Assembly: GCA_050945235.1 (NCBI GenBank)
Contig: JBMNSO010000002.1
Location: 1 to 36,724 of the forward strand
Length of the DNA: 36,724 nucleotides
Source: Mahellales bacterium
GTDB lineage: Bacteria > Bacillota > Clostridia > DUOD01
Direction: 5' to 3'
Shown: piece after piece, positions 28,001 to 35,699 of the stretch
Layout: each line of letters starts with the position of its first letter
Position numbering within the stretch: the first letter of the stretch is position 1
Translations under genes and position numbers: made by a program
Notes under the pieces: model-generated
Seen by the model: the letters and a program-made list of their open reading frames with translations, nothing else
What the model was told of the DNA's origin: nothing
Databases searched by the model: none

Positions 28001-28119
28001 AAACCGAACTGTTGCTGGTGGATAAACGAACAAGAAACTTTTGCGAAGTAGAACTGTGTATGGGCGAAGAAGAGTGCAAAAAAGAGGCCTCCAGATGTCT
28101 GCGCTGTGATGTTAAATAA
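25072..28119 (+). CDS. NuoF/HndC/HydB-like flavoprotein subunit fused to a C-terminal GltD/NfnB-like NAD(P)H:FAD oxidoreductase module
   Basis: N-terminal CGGGGC...GCMGLC ([2Fe-2S]). GRGGAGFPTGLKWKF (FMN/NADH site). ESCGKCTPCR ([4Fe-4S]). From about 26660: CANACPAG, NPLPAICGRICHSPCEDKCRR, VAIVGAGPAGLTAAYYL (FAD) and VAVVGGGNSGIDAAR (NAD(P)H). ATG 25072 overlaps the preceding stop (TAATG). Confidence 0.88.
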   Translation: MGFIRNHVLVCGGGGCHSSGTSDLVARLNEEIAKKGLQDEIKVVVTGCMGLCALGPVMIIYPEGVFYKKVAVEDIPEIVDQHLYLGITVERLLYEDPEDGRKLPTIRDIPFFAKQKKIVLRNVGLIDPHRIEEYIAFDGYFALAKVLSSMKPEDVIQEMIKSGLRGRGGAGFPTGLKWKFTAQAKGDVKYVTCNADEGDPGAYMDRSIIEGDPHTLIEGMAIAGYAIGSNQGYVYIRAEYPMAVENLSRAIEQAKSYGLLGENIMGSGFDFDLEIRVGAGAFVCGEETALLASIEGRRGEPRPKPPFPANQGLWDKPTLLSNVETYANVAPIILKGAEWFKSIGTDKSPGTKVFALAGNVRNTGLVEVPMGTPLGDIIYDIGGGIIDGKPFKAAQTGGPSGGCIPKNELNVPVDYESLTELGTIMGSGGLIIMDEDTCMVDLAKFFLDFVQEESCGKCTPCRVGTRRMKEILERITRGEGREGDIETLEKLGNEIIDTALCGLGQTAPKPVLSTIKYFRDEYEAHIKDKKCPSSLCASLFTSPCANACPAGVDVPRYIEYIQRGLYYKAVEVIKEKNPLPAICGRICHSPCEDKCRRAQVDEPMAVRYLKRFASDYEQKNWENIYFNNLPSKSEVVKDKKVAIVGAGPAGLTAAYYLARWGYPVTIFEQYEVLGGMLALTIPEYRLPMDVLQKEIEHILAYGVDVVTGVKLGRDIQLKELREQYDAVFLALGAHRSLNLGIPGEDAEGVIDALTFLKAVRLNQPVSLGKRVAVVGGGNSGIDAARVALRKGAEDVSILYRRKKYDMPAQHHEIEEATKEGIAIHELITPVRVLTDDNNKVIGLECVKMEMGKFDSSGRRRPQPIPNSNFIVDVDTVIVAIGMACDVKGIDMESIRRDYKDILQVDHKTMMSDLDGVFAGGDCVNGADYVINAIADGRRTAFSIDSFLGGRQRELEKEQKIERKVFGEIIEKPMARVKTELLLVDKRTRNFCEVELCMGEEECKKEASRCLRCDVK

Positions 28120-28139
28120 CAGGGGTAGGAGGGGAGATA

Positions 28140-29861
28140 ATGAGTATGATAGAGTTAACCATTGATAACAAAAGGATCAAAATCAATAAAGATAGTACTA
28201 TTTTGGAAGCCGCCAGGCATGCAGGCATAACTATACCGACCCTTTGCTATTTGGAGGGAGTGAACCAGATAGGCAGCTGTCGGGTATGCGTTGTTGAAGT
28301 TAAGGGTGCCAAGAACCTGGTACCCTCCTGTATAACAAAGGTGCAGGATGGTATGGAGGTGGTTACCAATTCCGAAAGGGTGCGCAGCGCCCGCAGGACT
28401 ATGGTGAATTTATTACTGTCCAACCACCCTGACGACTGCCTGGCCTGCGGCAAGAACCAGAAGTGTGAGTTACAGAAACTGGCACACCAGCTTAATATAA
28501 GGGAAAACCCCTTTGAAGGCCAACCGTCGAAGGCTGTGTATGATGACAGTAGCCCGGCCATAATAAGGGATTCATCGAAATGTATTTTGTGTAGGCGCTG
28601 TCTGACGGTTTGTAACAGCATACAGAAAGTGGGTGTTATAGCACCCCTGGGTAGAGGTTATGACACAGTTATATCCCCTGCCTATGGCCAGCCTATAATG
28701 GAGGCCACATGTGTACAATGCGGACAGTGCACCACGATTTGCCCTACCGGTGCGTTAATGGAGAGATCCTATATAGAGGATGTGTGGGGTGCCTTGGCCG
28801 ATCCGTCAAAACATGTGGTTGTTCAGATAGCTCCAGCAATAAGGGCATCCATAGGCGAATGTTTCGGCTATGAACCGGGGACCGTGCTAACCGGTAAGCT
28901 GGTTAGCGCAGTAAAAGCCTTAGGCTTTGACAAGGTATTCGATACCAACTTCACTGCGGACCTTACCATAATGGAAGAGGGTTCAGAACTACTCCATAGG
29001 ATAAAAAGCGGCGGGAAGCTTCCCATGATAACTTCATGCAGCCCTGGGTGGATAAACTTTGTGGAGCAGTTCTACGGCGATATTTTAGGGCATATATCTA
29101 CATGCAAATCCCCACAGCAGATGTTCGGTCCAGTAATAAAGACCTATTACGCCCAGAAGATGGGAATAGACCCTAATAATATTTACAGTGTTTCGGTAAT
29201 GCCCTGTACCGCTAAAAAGTATGAGGCCCGGAGGGAGGAAATGCGGTCCAGCGGTTTTTGGGATGTGGATGCGGTTTTAACCACCCGGGAACTGGCTGCC
29301 ATGATCAATGAAGCGGGCATTCAGATGGATAAAATAGAGGAGCAGCACTTTGATATACCCTTCGGAGAGGGTAGCGGTGCCGGTGCAATATTCGGCAATA
29401 CCGGCGGTGTGATGGAGGCCGCCCTGAGGACCGTTTATAAGCTGGTGACCGGCAATGAACTTGAAAACATTGAACTGACCGATGTCCGTGGCCTTGAGGG
29501 CGTTAAGGAAGCCACAATAAACCTGGAAGGTAAGGATGTATCGGTGGCAGTGGTCCATGGCTTGGGAAACATTAGGGAGATATTGGATCAGATAAGGGAG
29601 GGTAAAAGTCCCTATACCTTCATTGAGGTTATGTGCTGTCCCGGCGGATGTATAGGTGGTGGAGGTCAACCCATACCCACTAATGATGAAATAAGGAAAA
29701 AGAGGATAGAGGGTTTGTATAAAGCGGACCGTAACCTGGAATTTAGGCGTTCCCATGAGAATCCGTATGTACAAATGCTTTATGAAGAATTCTTGGGTGC
29801 ACCTTTAGGTGAAATGTCCCATAAATTACTCCATACCCATTATAAAGACAGACGAATATAA
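28140..29861 (+). CDS. hydA: [FeFe]-hydrogenase catalytic subunit (M3 architecture, HndD/HydA-like)
   Basis: N-terminal 2Fe-2S, HPDDCLACGKNQKC, CILCRRCLTVC and CVQCGQCTTICP. H-cluster motifs ITSCSPGW (L1 variant), MPCTAKKYE (L2) and EVMCCPGGCIGGGGQP (L3). AGGAGGGGAG ribosome-binding site. Confidence 0.93.
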   Translation: MSMIELTIDNKRIKINKDSTILEAARHAGITIPTLCYLEGVNQIGSCRVCVVEVKGAKNLVPSCITKVQDGMEVVTNSERVRSARRTMVNLLLSNHPDDCLACGKNQKCELQKLAHQLNIRENPFEGQPSKAVYDDSSPAIIRDSSKCILCRRCLTVCNSIQKVGVIAPLGRGYDTVISPAYGQPIMEATCVQCGQCTTICPTGALMERSYIEDVWGALADPSKHVVVQIAPAIRASIGECFGYEPGTVLTGKLVSAVKALGFDKVFDTNFTADLTIMEEGSELLHRIKSGGKLPMITSCSPGWINFVEQFYGDILGHISTCKSPQQMFGPVIKTYYAQKMGIDPNNIYSVSVMPCTAKKYEARREEMRSSGFWDVDAVLTTRELAAMINEAGIQMDKIEEQHFDIPFGEGSGAGAIFGNTGGVMEAALRTVYKLVTGNELENIELTDVRGLEGVKEATINLEGKDVSVAVVHGLGNIREILDQIREGKSPYTFIEVMCCPGGCIGGGGQPIPTNDEIRKKRIEGLYKADRNLEFRRSHENPYVQMLYEEFLGAPLGEMSHKLLHTHYKDRRI

Positions 29862-29865
29862 CAAT

Positions 29866-29908
29866 AAAACAAAGGACGGCCTGTACTTCAAGGCCGTCCT
29901 TTGTTTTT
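29866..29908. terminator. Bidirectional intrinsic terminator between hydA and folT
   Basis: 16-nt arms, aaaacaaaggacggcc and ggccgtcctttgtttt, with a T-run on the plus strand and an A-run that reads as a T-run on the minus strand. Confidence 0.85.
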
Positions 29909-30448
29909 CTATCTATGCTTGGGAACAATTTTATATAACATTTTTGTTAGCATACTAATTATCATAACATAAACTGGAATGAGTACAAGCCGTGTGATTA
30001 TCCTGGGGGGTAGGAATACCAGGAAGGATTTATCGAAGTACAGGGTCAGCCAGTAGGTGTTTAAGAATATGTTGGCAATTAAATCTGTTATGGCTATTAC
30101 TCCTAGTAAAGAAAGCCATGTCCATTCTTCCCTTTGCCTCAAGATAGCAAATAATCCGGGTATCATTCCGGTAAGCATGGCCGATACGGTAAAACCGGGG
30201 AAATAGGCCCCGCCCATGGGATTGATTAAGTAACCGATGATATCTGCCATAAAACCGGTAGCACCGCCGAATATAGGACCCAATAGCAAACCGCTGAATA
30301 TAATCGGTATTTCACCAAAACTTAGGCGCAGGGCCAGGGCACCGCCTATGGGTACCGTTGTACCTAAAAACCTGGTTAGTACTATGCTGGTAGCGGTAAG
30401 CAATGCGGCATAGGCTATTCTCCTGCTTTTATTTATATCATTCAACAA
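29909..30448 (-). CDS. folT: Folate-family ECF transporter S component
   Basis: Multi-TM protein (AYAALLTATSIVLTRF..., SFGEIPIIFSGLLLGP). AAGGAGG lies 8 nt before TTG 30448. Preceded by a THF riboswitch. Confidence 0.8.
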   Translation of the reverse strand: MLNDINKSRRIAYAALLTATSIVLTRFLGTTVPIGGALALRLSFGEIPIIFSGLLLGPIFGGATGFMADIIGYLINPMGGAYFPGFTVSAMLTGMIPGLFAILRQREEWTWLSLLGVIAITDLIANIFLNTYWLTLYFDKSFLVFLPPRIITRLVLIPVYVMIISMLTKMLYKIVPKHR

Positions 30449-30530
30449 TAAAAGCACCTCCTTTCTCTTTGAATGGCAAAGATACCACATCAAAGAGATT
30501 GCCGGTACTTTTAATCATTCTTTGACATGG

Positions 30531-30623
30531 GCAGCGGACGCAGTATTGTACCGCAGGCCATAGGCCTTTCGTTTAAGGGCAACTTCCCATCCCTTAACAC
30601 TTAACGCACAATACCTACTCTGC
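30531..30623 (-). promoter_or_regulatory. THF (tetrahydrofolate) riboswitch
   Basis: The minus strand reads GCAGAGUAGGUAUUGUGCGUUAAGUGUUAAGGGAUGGGAAGUUGCCCUUAAACGAAAGGCCUAUGGCCUGCGGUACAAUACUGCGUCCGCUGC. This aligns block for block with the Eubacterium siraeum THF aptamer as I recall it (AGAGUAG..GCGUUAAGUGU..GGGAUG..ACGAA..GCGGU..UCCGCU). Confidence 0.9.
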
Positions 30624-30645
30624 TCATTCAATATCAATTACAAAA

Positions 30646-30674
30646 AGTATACCAGATAAGATCCGTTGTAGCAA
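30646..30674 (-). promoter_or_regulatory. Candidate sigma-A promoter of the THF riboswitch-folT unit
   Basis: Minus strand TTGCTA-17 nt-TATACT, about 22 nt upstream of the aptamer. Confidence 0.5.
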
Positions 30675-30868
30675 TGTAATATCTTGAAAATTCGTGTAAT
30701 ATTCTGCTATTATTCAATAAAACATATATTTTGAGAATTCCCTTAAAAATAAACGCAAATTCATGTGCTTAAGCTATTCAATACCTTTTATTAAATCTTC
30801 CCGTTTAATGTATTCTATAATAGTTGATGAATTCCTTTTTTGATTAATTTTTTGCAATAAATCACCTA

Positions 30869-30897
30869 TTGACAAATCCGTCAAAATACTTTAATAT
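30869..30897 (+). promoter_or_regulatory. Candidate sigma-A promoter of tRNA-Thr
   Basis: TTGACA-17 nt-TAATAT, 29 nt upstream of the tRNA 5' end. Confidence 0.55.
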
Positions 30898-30925
30898 ATG
30901 ATGGTGGTTGATTCAAATAATATGT

Positions 30926-31002
30926 GCTGATGTAGCTCAGTAGGTAGAGCACTTCCTTGGTAAGGAAGAGGTTCACGGGTTCGATTCCCGTCATCAGCTC
31001 CA
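30926..31002 (+). tRNA. tRNA-Thr (anticodon GGU) with encoded CCA
   Basis: Hand-folded cloverleaf: acceptor GCTGATG/CATCAGC, D arm GCTC-AGTAGGTA-GAGC, anticodon arm CTTCC-TTGGTAA-GGAAG, T arm ACGGG-TTCGATT-CCCGT. The variable region appears to be 6 nt. Confidence 0.85.
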
Positions 31003-31010
31003 GTTACAAT

Positions 31011-31052
31011 CCTTTGAATGCTTGATATGACAGCGTTTGAAGGTATTTTTTT
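31011..31052 (+). terminator. Intrinsic terminator after the tRNA
   Basis: cctttgaatgc ... gcgtttgaagg (11 pairs counting G-U) followed by tattttttt. Confidence 0.55.
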
Positions 31053-31226
31053 GTGATTTTTATCAAAGCAGGTTCAGCCATGGCAGTCATATCGACTTAA
31101 TACAGTCTTTGAAAAAGGATATAAAATGAAGATTAGATCCACACTTAGTCTAATAAATTGTATAATGAGATAAAGGCACATTTGTAGATTTATGTGCAAT
31201 AAGTAAATAGTTTGGGAGGGAGCTTC

Positions 31227-31595
31227 GTGAGCAGAAATTTTAAGAATAGAATAGTATCTTTAATTGTTACTACGCTGATTCTCATGGTAATTTTGTATTT
31301 GATTTTTTTCTTGAAGTACATTGATATTTCGGTAATATTAGCAATCTACTTGCCAATTTGGATTATCGGGGTTATAGCGGCCTTGCTTGGTAAAGTCGTA
31401 TTTGCGAATGTTACTATAATTTTTGCAGGAATAGGTCTTATTTCAGAATATTTAGTTCATACATATAATAAGTCTCATCCAAATATGTCAGGAGCACTTT
31501 TGAATACTCTAATTCTATTAGTTGGTGTTATATTGGGAGTTGTGCTTCAAATTTTGAGTACAAGGAAAACAAAAAGCAATGTAAATAATCGCTAG
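31227..31595 (+). CDS. Small hypothetical membrane protein (about 4 TM)
   Basis: GGGAGGGA ribosome-binding site before GTG 31227. Hydrophobic throughout and very AT-rich. Confidence 0.6.
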   Translation: MSRNFKNRIVSLIVTTLILMVILYLIFFLKYIDISVILAIYLPIWIIGVIAALLGKVVFANVTIIFAGIGLISEYLVHTYNKSHPNMSGALLNTLILLVGVILGVVLQILSTRKTKSNVNNR

Positions 31596-31680
31596 TGGAT
31601 TTATGGTTTTATATTTTTAAAAAGTATATCAGTAGTTTATTACGACTTAATAATAGAACAACACTGTGGGGGGAATAACA

Positions 31681-31857
31681 ATGAAAAGAGATGCAACATC
31701 AATTGGAATTATAGGGATACCTGACGATGCAATTATTAAAAAGTTAGAAAAAGAATTAGGAAAGCCTGTTAAAAAGATTGAAAAAGACGGGAAAATTATT
31801 TTGTTGGTTGGCAGAGGACTGTTTAAGAAGAAAATCGTAATACCATTTAAAAGATAA
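31681..31857 (+). CDS. Hypothetical small basic protein (58 aa)
   Basis: GGGGGGA ribosome-binding site 7 nt before ATG 31681 (MKRDATSIGIIGIPDD...). Lys-rich. No motif recognised. Confidence 0.45.
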   Translation: MKRDATSIGIIGIPDDAIIKKLEKELGKPVKKIEKDGKIILLVGRGLFKKKIVIPFKR

Positions 31858-32037
31858 CTCTTGATGCACATTATTTATATAAAGCGTTGCAACCGTTGTT
31901 ACTATGAAGTTGAATCGTTTATACAAATTTAAGTTATATACAATTTTAGTTATATATTAAACGCATTTAGAAAAAAGAATATGGTTATATAATGCTTGTC
32001 TGTCCTTACAAGACAATAATATCCGGAGGATTTTTTA

Positions 32038-33228
32038 ATGTATTCGTTTTTAATTATAATAATATATATTGCCTTTATCAGTCTTGGACTGCCGGATTCC
32101 CTTCTCGGCTCGGCATGGCCAGTTATGTATGGACAGCTTGCTATACCAGTGTCTTATGCCGGAGTTATAACAATGATTATTGCTGGTGGAACGATAATAT
32201 CCAGTCTTATGTCTGATAAGCTGACGAGAAAACTGGGAGCAGGGCTTATAACTGCAATCAGTGTGATGATGACGGCGGTGGCACTATTTGGATTTTCTAT
32301 TTCTAATTCTTTTATCCTACTTTGTCTATGGTCTATTCCATACGGACTTGGTGCAGGAGCAGTCGATGCTGCTTTGAACAACTATGTTGCTTTGCATTAT
32401 GCCTCTCGCCATATGAGCTGGCTGCATTGCTTTTGGGGAGTTGGGGCGGCAATCAGTCCATACATCATGGGGTATTGCTTGACGGGCGGCTATGGATGGA
32501 ATAGCGGCTACCGCGCAGTCTCGATGATACAGATTGTGTTGACAGTCATCCTTTTTATCAGCCTGCCGCTCTGGAAAAGGAAAAACAGCGTTGACAGCAG
32601 CCCTGAGACTCGGACAGCGGCTCCGAGCCTGGCGCAAGCTCTGAAAATACGAGGAGTCAAGCTCATCCTGTTGACCTTTTTCGGCTATTGCGCGCTCGAG
32701 TCAACGACCGGCTTGTGGGCAAGCAGTTATCTCGTTGAATTTCGCGGAATTGACTCTGAAACTGCCGCCAGATTTGCATCGTTGTTCTTCTTGGGAATAA
32801 CCTTTGGACGGTTTATTAGTGGGTTTATTTCGGACAAGGTTGGAGACAGGCTGCTCATTCGATGTGGTATATTGGTAGTTATCTACGGCGTTATCCTGGT
32901 AGGGGTCCCCTTAGGAAGCAATTATACCGCTTTGGCAGGGCTTGTTATTATCGGCCTTGGCTGTGCCCCTATTTATCCGTCAATAATCCACTCGACACCG
33001 TCGAATTTCGGGCAGGAGAATTCCCAGGTAATTATTGGAATACAAATGGCAAGCGCCTATGTTGGCAGCACTTTTGTTCCGCCGATCTTTGGATTAATTG
33101 CAGATCATTTGAACATTGGTTTGTATTCTATATTCTTGCTTTTCTTTGCGATCCTCATGCTGATGATGTCCGAGATGCTGAACAAAACGATTACCGTAGA
33201 AAAGGAGCAGGTCAAAGCCCTGGGGTGA
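32038..33228 (+). CDS. MFS transporter
   Basis: 396 aa with about 12 TM and an MFS loop motif (MSDKLTRKLG). GGAGG lies 8 nt before ATG. Confidence 0.85.
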   Translation: MYSFLIIIIYIAFISLGLPDSLLGSAWPVMYGQLAIPVSYAGVITMIIAGGTIISSLMSDKLTRKLGAGLITAISVMMTAVALFGFSISNSFILLCLWSIPYGLGAGAVDAALNNYVALHYASRHMSWLHCFWGVGAAISPYIMGYCLTGGYGWNSGYRAVSMIQIVLTVILFISLPLWKRKNSVDSSPETRTAAPSLAQALKIRGVKLILLTFFGYCALESTTGLWASSYLVEFRGIDSETAARFASLFFLGITFGRFISGFISDKVGDRLLIRCGILVVIYGVILVGVPLGSNYTALAGLVIIGLGCAPIYPSIIHSTPSNFGQENSQVIIGIQMASAYVGSTFVPPIFGLIADHLNIGLYSIFLLFFAILMLMMSEMLNKTITVEKEQVKALG

Positions 33229-33240
33229 AACAAGCACTAT

Positions 33241-33279
33241 AAAAAAGCCGAAAGGAGACACGTAAGTATCTCCTTTCGG
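33241..33279 (-). terminator. Intrinsic terminator of the SDR gene (may also stop the MFS transcript)
   Basis: ccgaaaggaga / tctcctttcgg 11-bp stem. The A-run at 33241-46 reads as a U-run on the minus strand. Confidence 0.7.
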
Positions 33280-33306
33280 GCACAAGTTATACCCTACCGT
33301 TTGCGT

Positions 33307-34065
33307 CTAGATCGACGTATACCCGCCATCCACGATGATATTCTGGCCGGTAATATAAGAAGCTTCATCGCTTGCAAGCATTACCGCAATAGGGTTTAGT
33401 TCGCCCTCGTTGCCATAGCGCCCAAGCGGGACAGAGGCTTTCATAAAATTGGTGAATGCTTCGGTTTTCAATGTATCCCTGGTCAATTCTGTCTCAAAGT
33501 ATCCAGGGCTTATCGCATTGCACGTTATATTGTACTTGGCCAATTCAGCCGCAACGGCTCTGGTAAAGTTGATCACTCCCCCTTTGGAAGAATGATAGGC
33601 GACGGTATCCATTGCCGTGTTTCCAACCTGGCCATAGATGGAGGCAATATTGATGATCCGGCCATACTTTTTTTCAACCATATATTTCGCGAATGCCCTT
33701 GTCACCTTGAAGACACTGGTCAAATCGGCTTCCATCGTGAAATCCCATTCCTCATCGGTCATTTCAAGGACGCCTGCATTCTTTGATGCCCCAGCATTAT
33801 TGACCAGGATATCTACTTTGCCATACTCTTCTATGGCAAGTTCGGCTGCTCTATTTATTTGTTCTGTATTCGTAACATCACATTGAATTGGAAGGCATCG
33901 CACTCCTCTAGACCTGAAATCCGCAGCGATTACCTCCAGTCTTTCCATTCGTCTGGCCATGATAACCAGATCGGCGCCCTGCTCGGCAAAACCTTGCGCC
34001 ATCTGAAGCCCTAATCCTGAAGAAGCCCCAGTTACTACTGCTACGCGACCTTTTAACGAAAACAC
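33307..34065 (-). CDS. Short-chain dehydrogenase/reductase (FabG / gluconate-5-dehydrogenase-like)
   Basis: TGASSGLG, NNAG and a YHSSK catalytic motif. 252 aa. Confidence 0.88.
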   Translation of the reverse strand: MFSLKGRVAVVTGASSGLGLQMAQGFAEQGADLVIMARRMERLEVIAADFRSRGVRCLPIQCDVTNTEQINRAAELAIEEYGKVDILVNNAGASKNAGVLEMTDEEWDFTMEADLTSVFKVTRAFAKYMVEKKYGRIINIASIYGQVGNTAMDTVAYHSSKGGVINFTRAVAAELAKYNITCNAISPGYFETELTRDTLKTEAFTNFMKASVPLGRYGNEGELNPIAVMLASDEASYITGQNIIVDGGYTSI

Positions 34066-34438
34066 GAAAAACCTCCCATGAGTACTAGATGTTTTACACC
34101 GGTAAACAAGCCCGAAATAAGAGTATCATAATCTAATTTCTATATTACCACCACTCTTAAAATCCAGCCAACGAATCGTGCATGGCGTGAGTTCATTGCC
34201 CGACCGAGCCTGCACTGGTCACGAGTATCAATTTCACTATGAATTCATGCATCACTATTCAGCGTTCTTTAGTTCTTGAGGCAGTATAAATGTTGTGATG
34301 TGATGCCAGGCCTACGATGCAATGGTATAAAGACACCTTGAACCTATTGCTAAAATGCGGTGAAACTGGTAAAATGGAACATCAAGCGGAGCTGACCGTT
34401 TGACAACGTCACGGCAGTATCATATCAGGAGGGTAACC

Positions 34439-35005
34439 ATGAGAAGTTTCGCTACACTGGATTTGCAGTATGCGCACAGGTTCTATGGGTTCAGAGGCGA
34501 GGCACAGTATTTGCACGGCCATACGGGAATACTGACGATCGAAGTTGAAGACACCATCAACGAGGGAGTCAATATGGTATTTCCATGCAATGAAATCAAG
34601 AAAATTGCATGGGAAGTACTACAAAATTTTGACCACGCGCTAATTTTAAGGGAAGACGACCCATTGCTTCCCGCGATCCTCGGAGTTTACGAGGCACAAG
34701 GCATTAAGGACGGCGCGCCAAGCAATAGGCAAAAAGGCCCCGCTTTCAAGACGGAACTCGCAACAGCGTACCCGGAATGTCGGTTGGTTGTTACGAAAGA
34801 AACGATGACCGTCGAGGGAATGATTAAAATAGTTTACGATTTGCTAAAAGACAAACTAAATATCGCTAAAATCACATTTACAAGCGGAGTAAACGGCGCC
34901 TCAGAAGAATACGAGCCTAAAAACAAGATCGACCGTTGTCCGTTATGCGGTATTGCGCTAAACGAAAAGGGCGTGTGCCCCAAGTGCGGGTACAAGAAAG
35001 CCTAA
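34439..35005 (+). CDS. 6-pyruvoyl-tetrahydropterin synthase / QueD-like T-fold protein with a C-terminal zinc ribbon
   Basis: AHRF...YLHGHTG (His triad pattern of PTPS/QueD). C-terminal CPLCG-x9-CPKCG. AGGAGGG ribosome-binding site before ATG 34439. Confidence 0.6.
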   Translation: MRSFATLDLQYAHRFYGFRGEAQYLHGHTGILTIEVEDTINEGVNMVFPCNEIKKIAWEVLQNFDHALILREDDPLLPAILGVYEAQGIKDGAPSNRQKGPAFKTELATAYPECRLVVTKETMTVEGMIKIVYDLLKDKLNIAKITFTSGVNGASEEYEPKNKIDRCPLCGIALNEKGVCPKCGYKKA

Positions 35006-35022
35006 CTCAAGCTCTGAATTTG

Positions 35023-35068
35023 ATCAGGCACTCTATGCCAAATATGCGTAGAGTGCCTGATTTTATTT
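35023..35068 (+). terminator. Intrinsic terminator
   Basis: Perfect 13-bp stem, atcaggcactcta / tagagtgcctgat, then ttttattt. Confidence 0.8.
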
Positions 35069-35072
35069 ACCG

Positions 35073-35699
35073 TCAAATTGGGGCTTTTCTCCCCCGAATC
35101 GTGGTCATACCGTTCATGACGAGGTACACCGCAACGATGATTGACCCGAACAAGTCCACGTACCGCGTCGCAGGCGCAGCAGGAGCAACGACAACGCACA
35201 CCAGCGCGAGCGTTACACAAGCATCCACGAGCGACTTGGCCCGGTAGAGCTTGCTTTGTACGGCGAGTATGGCATCCGGCTTTTCACGATCGAGTTTGCG
35301 GTAGCGCAGCCAGAACCACGAGTTTGTCGTTACGCCCAACACCGCAATGACGAGGCCCGGAATGACGTTCCCTTTTTCTGTATCAGGCGAGAACAGCGCG
35401 ATGAACAGGATAACAGCACCAGACAGACACATTGCCGCACCAACGCTCAAGTTTCCCGTGCGTTCCAGTTTATTCTTACGCACCACGTCCAGTTCGCCGC
35501 TCTTGTGCAGAACGCGAAATACGATCCATGATACGATGATAGCCGCCAGTTCCGCCGTGCGCCGAATAAAGTCCGCGAGCTGCGTAGAGGATCGGCCCAC
35601 AAAAAGCGCCATACCCAGGATGATGGGGCCGGGCGAACTCAGCACTACTGAAGCGAGCAGCGTACGCTCGCCTGCTTTTTGTTTCACAATATCACCCAC
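35073..35699 (-). CDS. Integral membrane protein, tentatively cation-efflux (CDF) transmembrane-domain-like
   Basis: 208 aa with 5-6 TM and Asp residues in TM segments (LADFIRR, SLVDACV). The GTG start overlaps the upstream stop by 8 nt. Function is weakly supported. Confidence 0.5.
   Translation of the reverse strand: MGDIVKQKAGERTLLASVVLSSPGPIILGMALFVGRSSTQLADFIRRTAELAAIIVSWIVFRVLHKSGELDVVRKNKLERTGNLSVGAAMCLSGAVILFIALFSPDTEKGNVIPGLVIAVLGVTTNSWFWLRYRKLDREKPDAILAVQSKLYRAKSLVDACVTLALVCVVVAPAAPATRYVDLFGSIIVAVYLVMNGMTTIRGRKAPI

Noticed and set aside
31647-31871. A minus-strand 74-aa ORF overlapping the small plus-strand ORF.
   Set aside because: It has no ribosome-binding site. The plus-strand ORF has a strong GGGGGGA site at correct spacing, so only the plus-strand ORF is called, and at low confidence.
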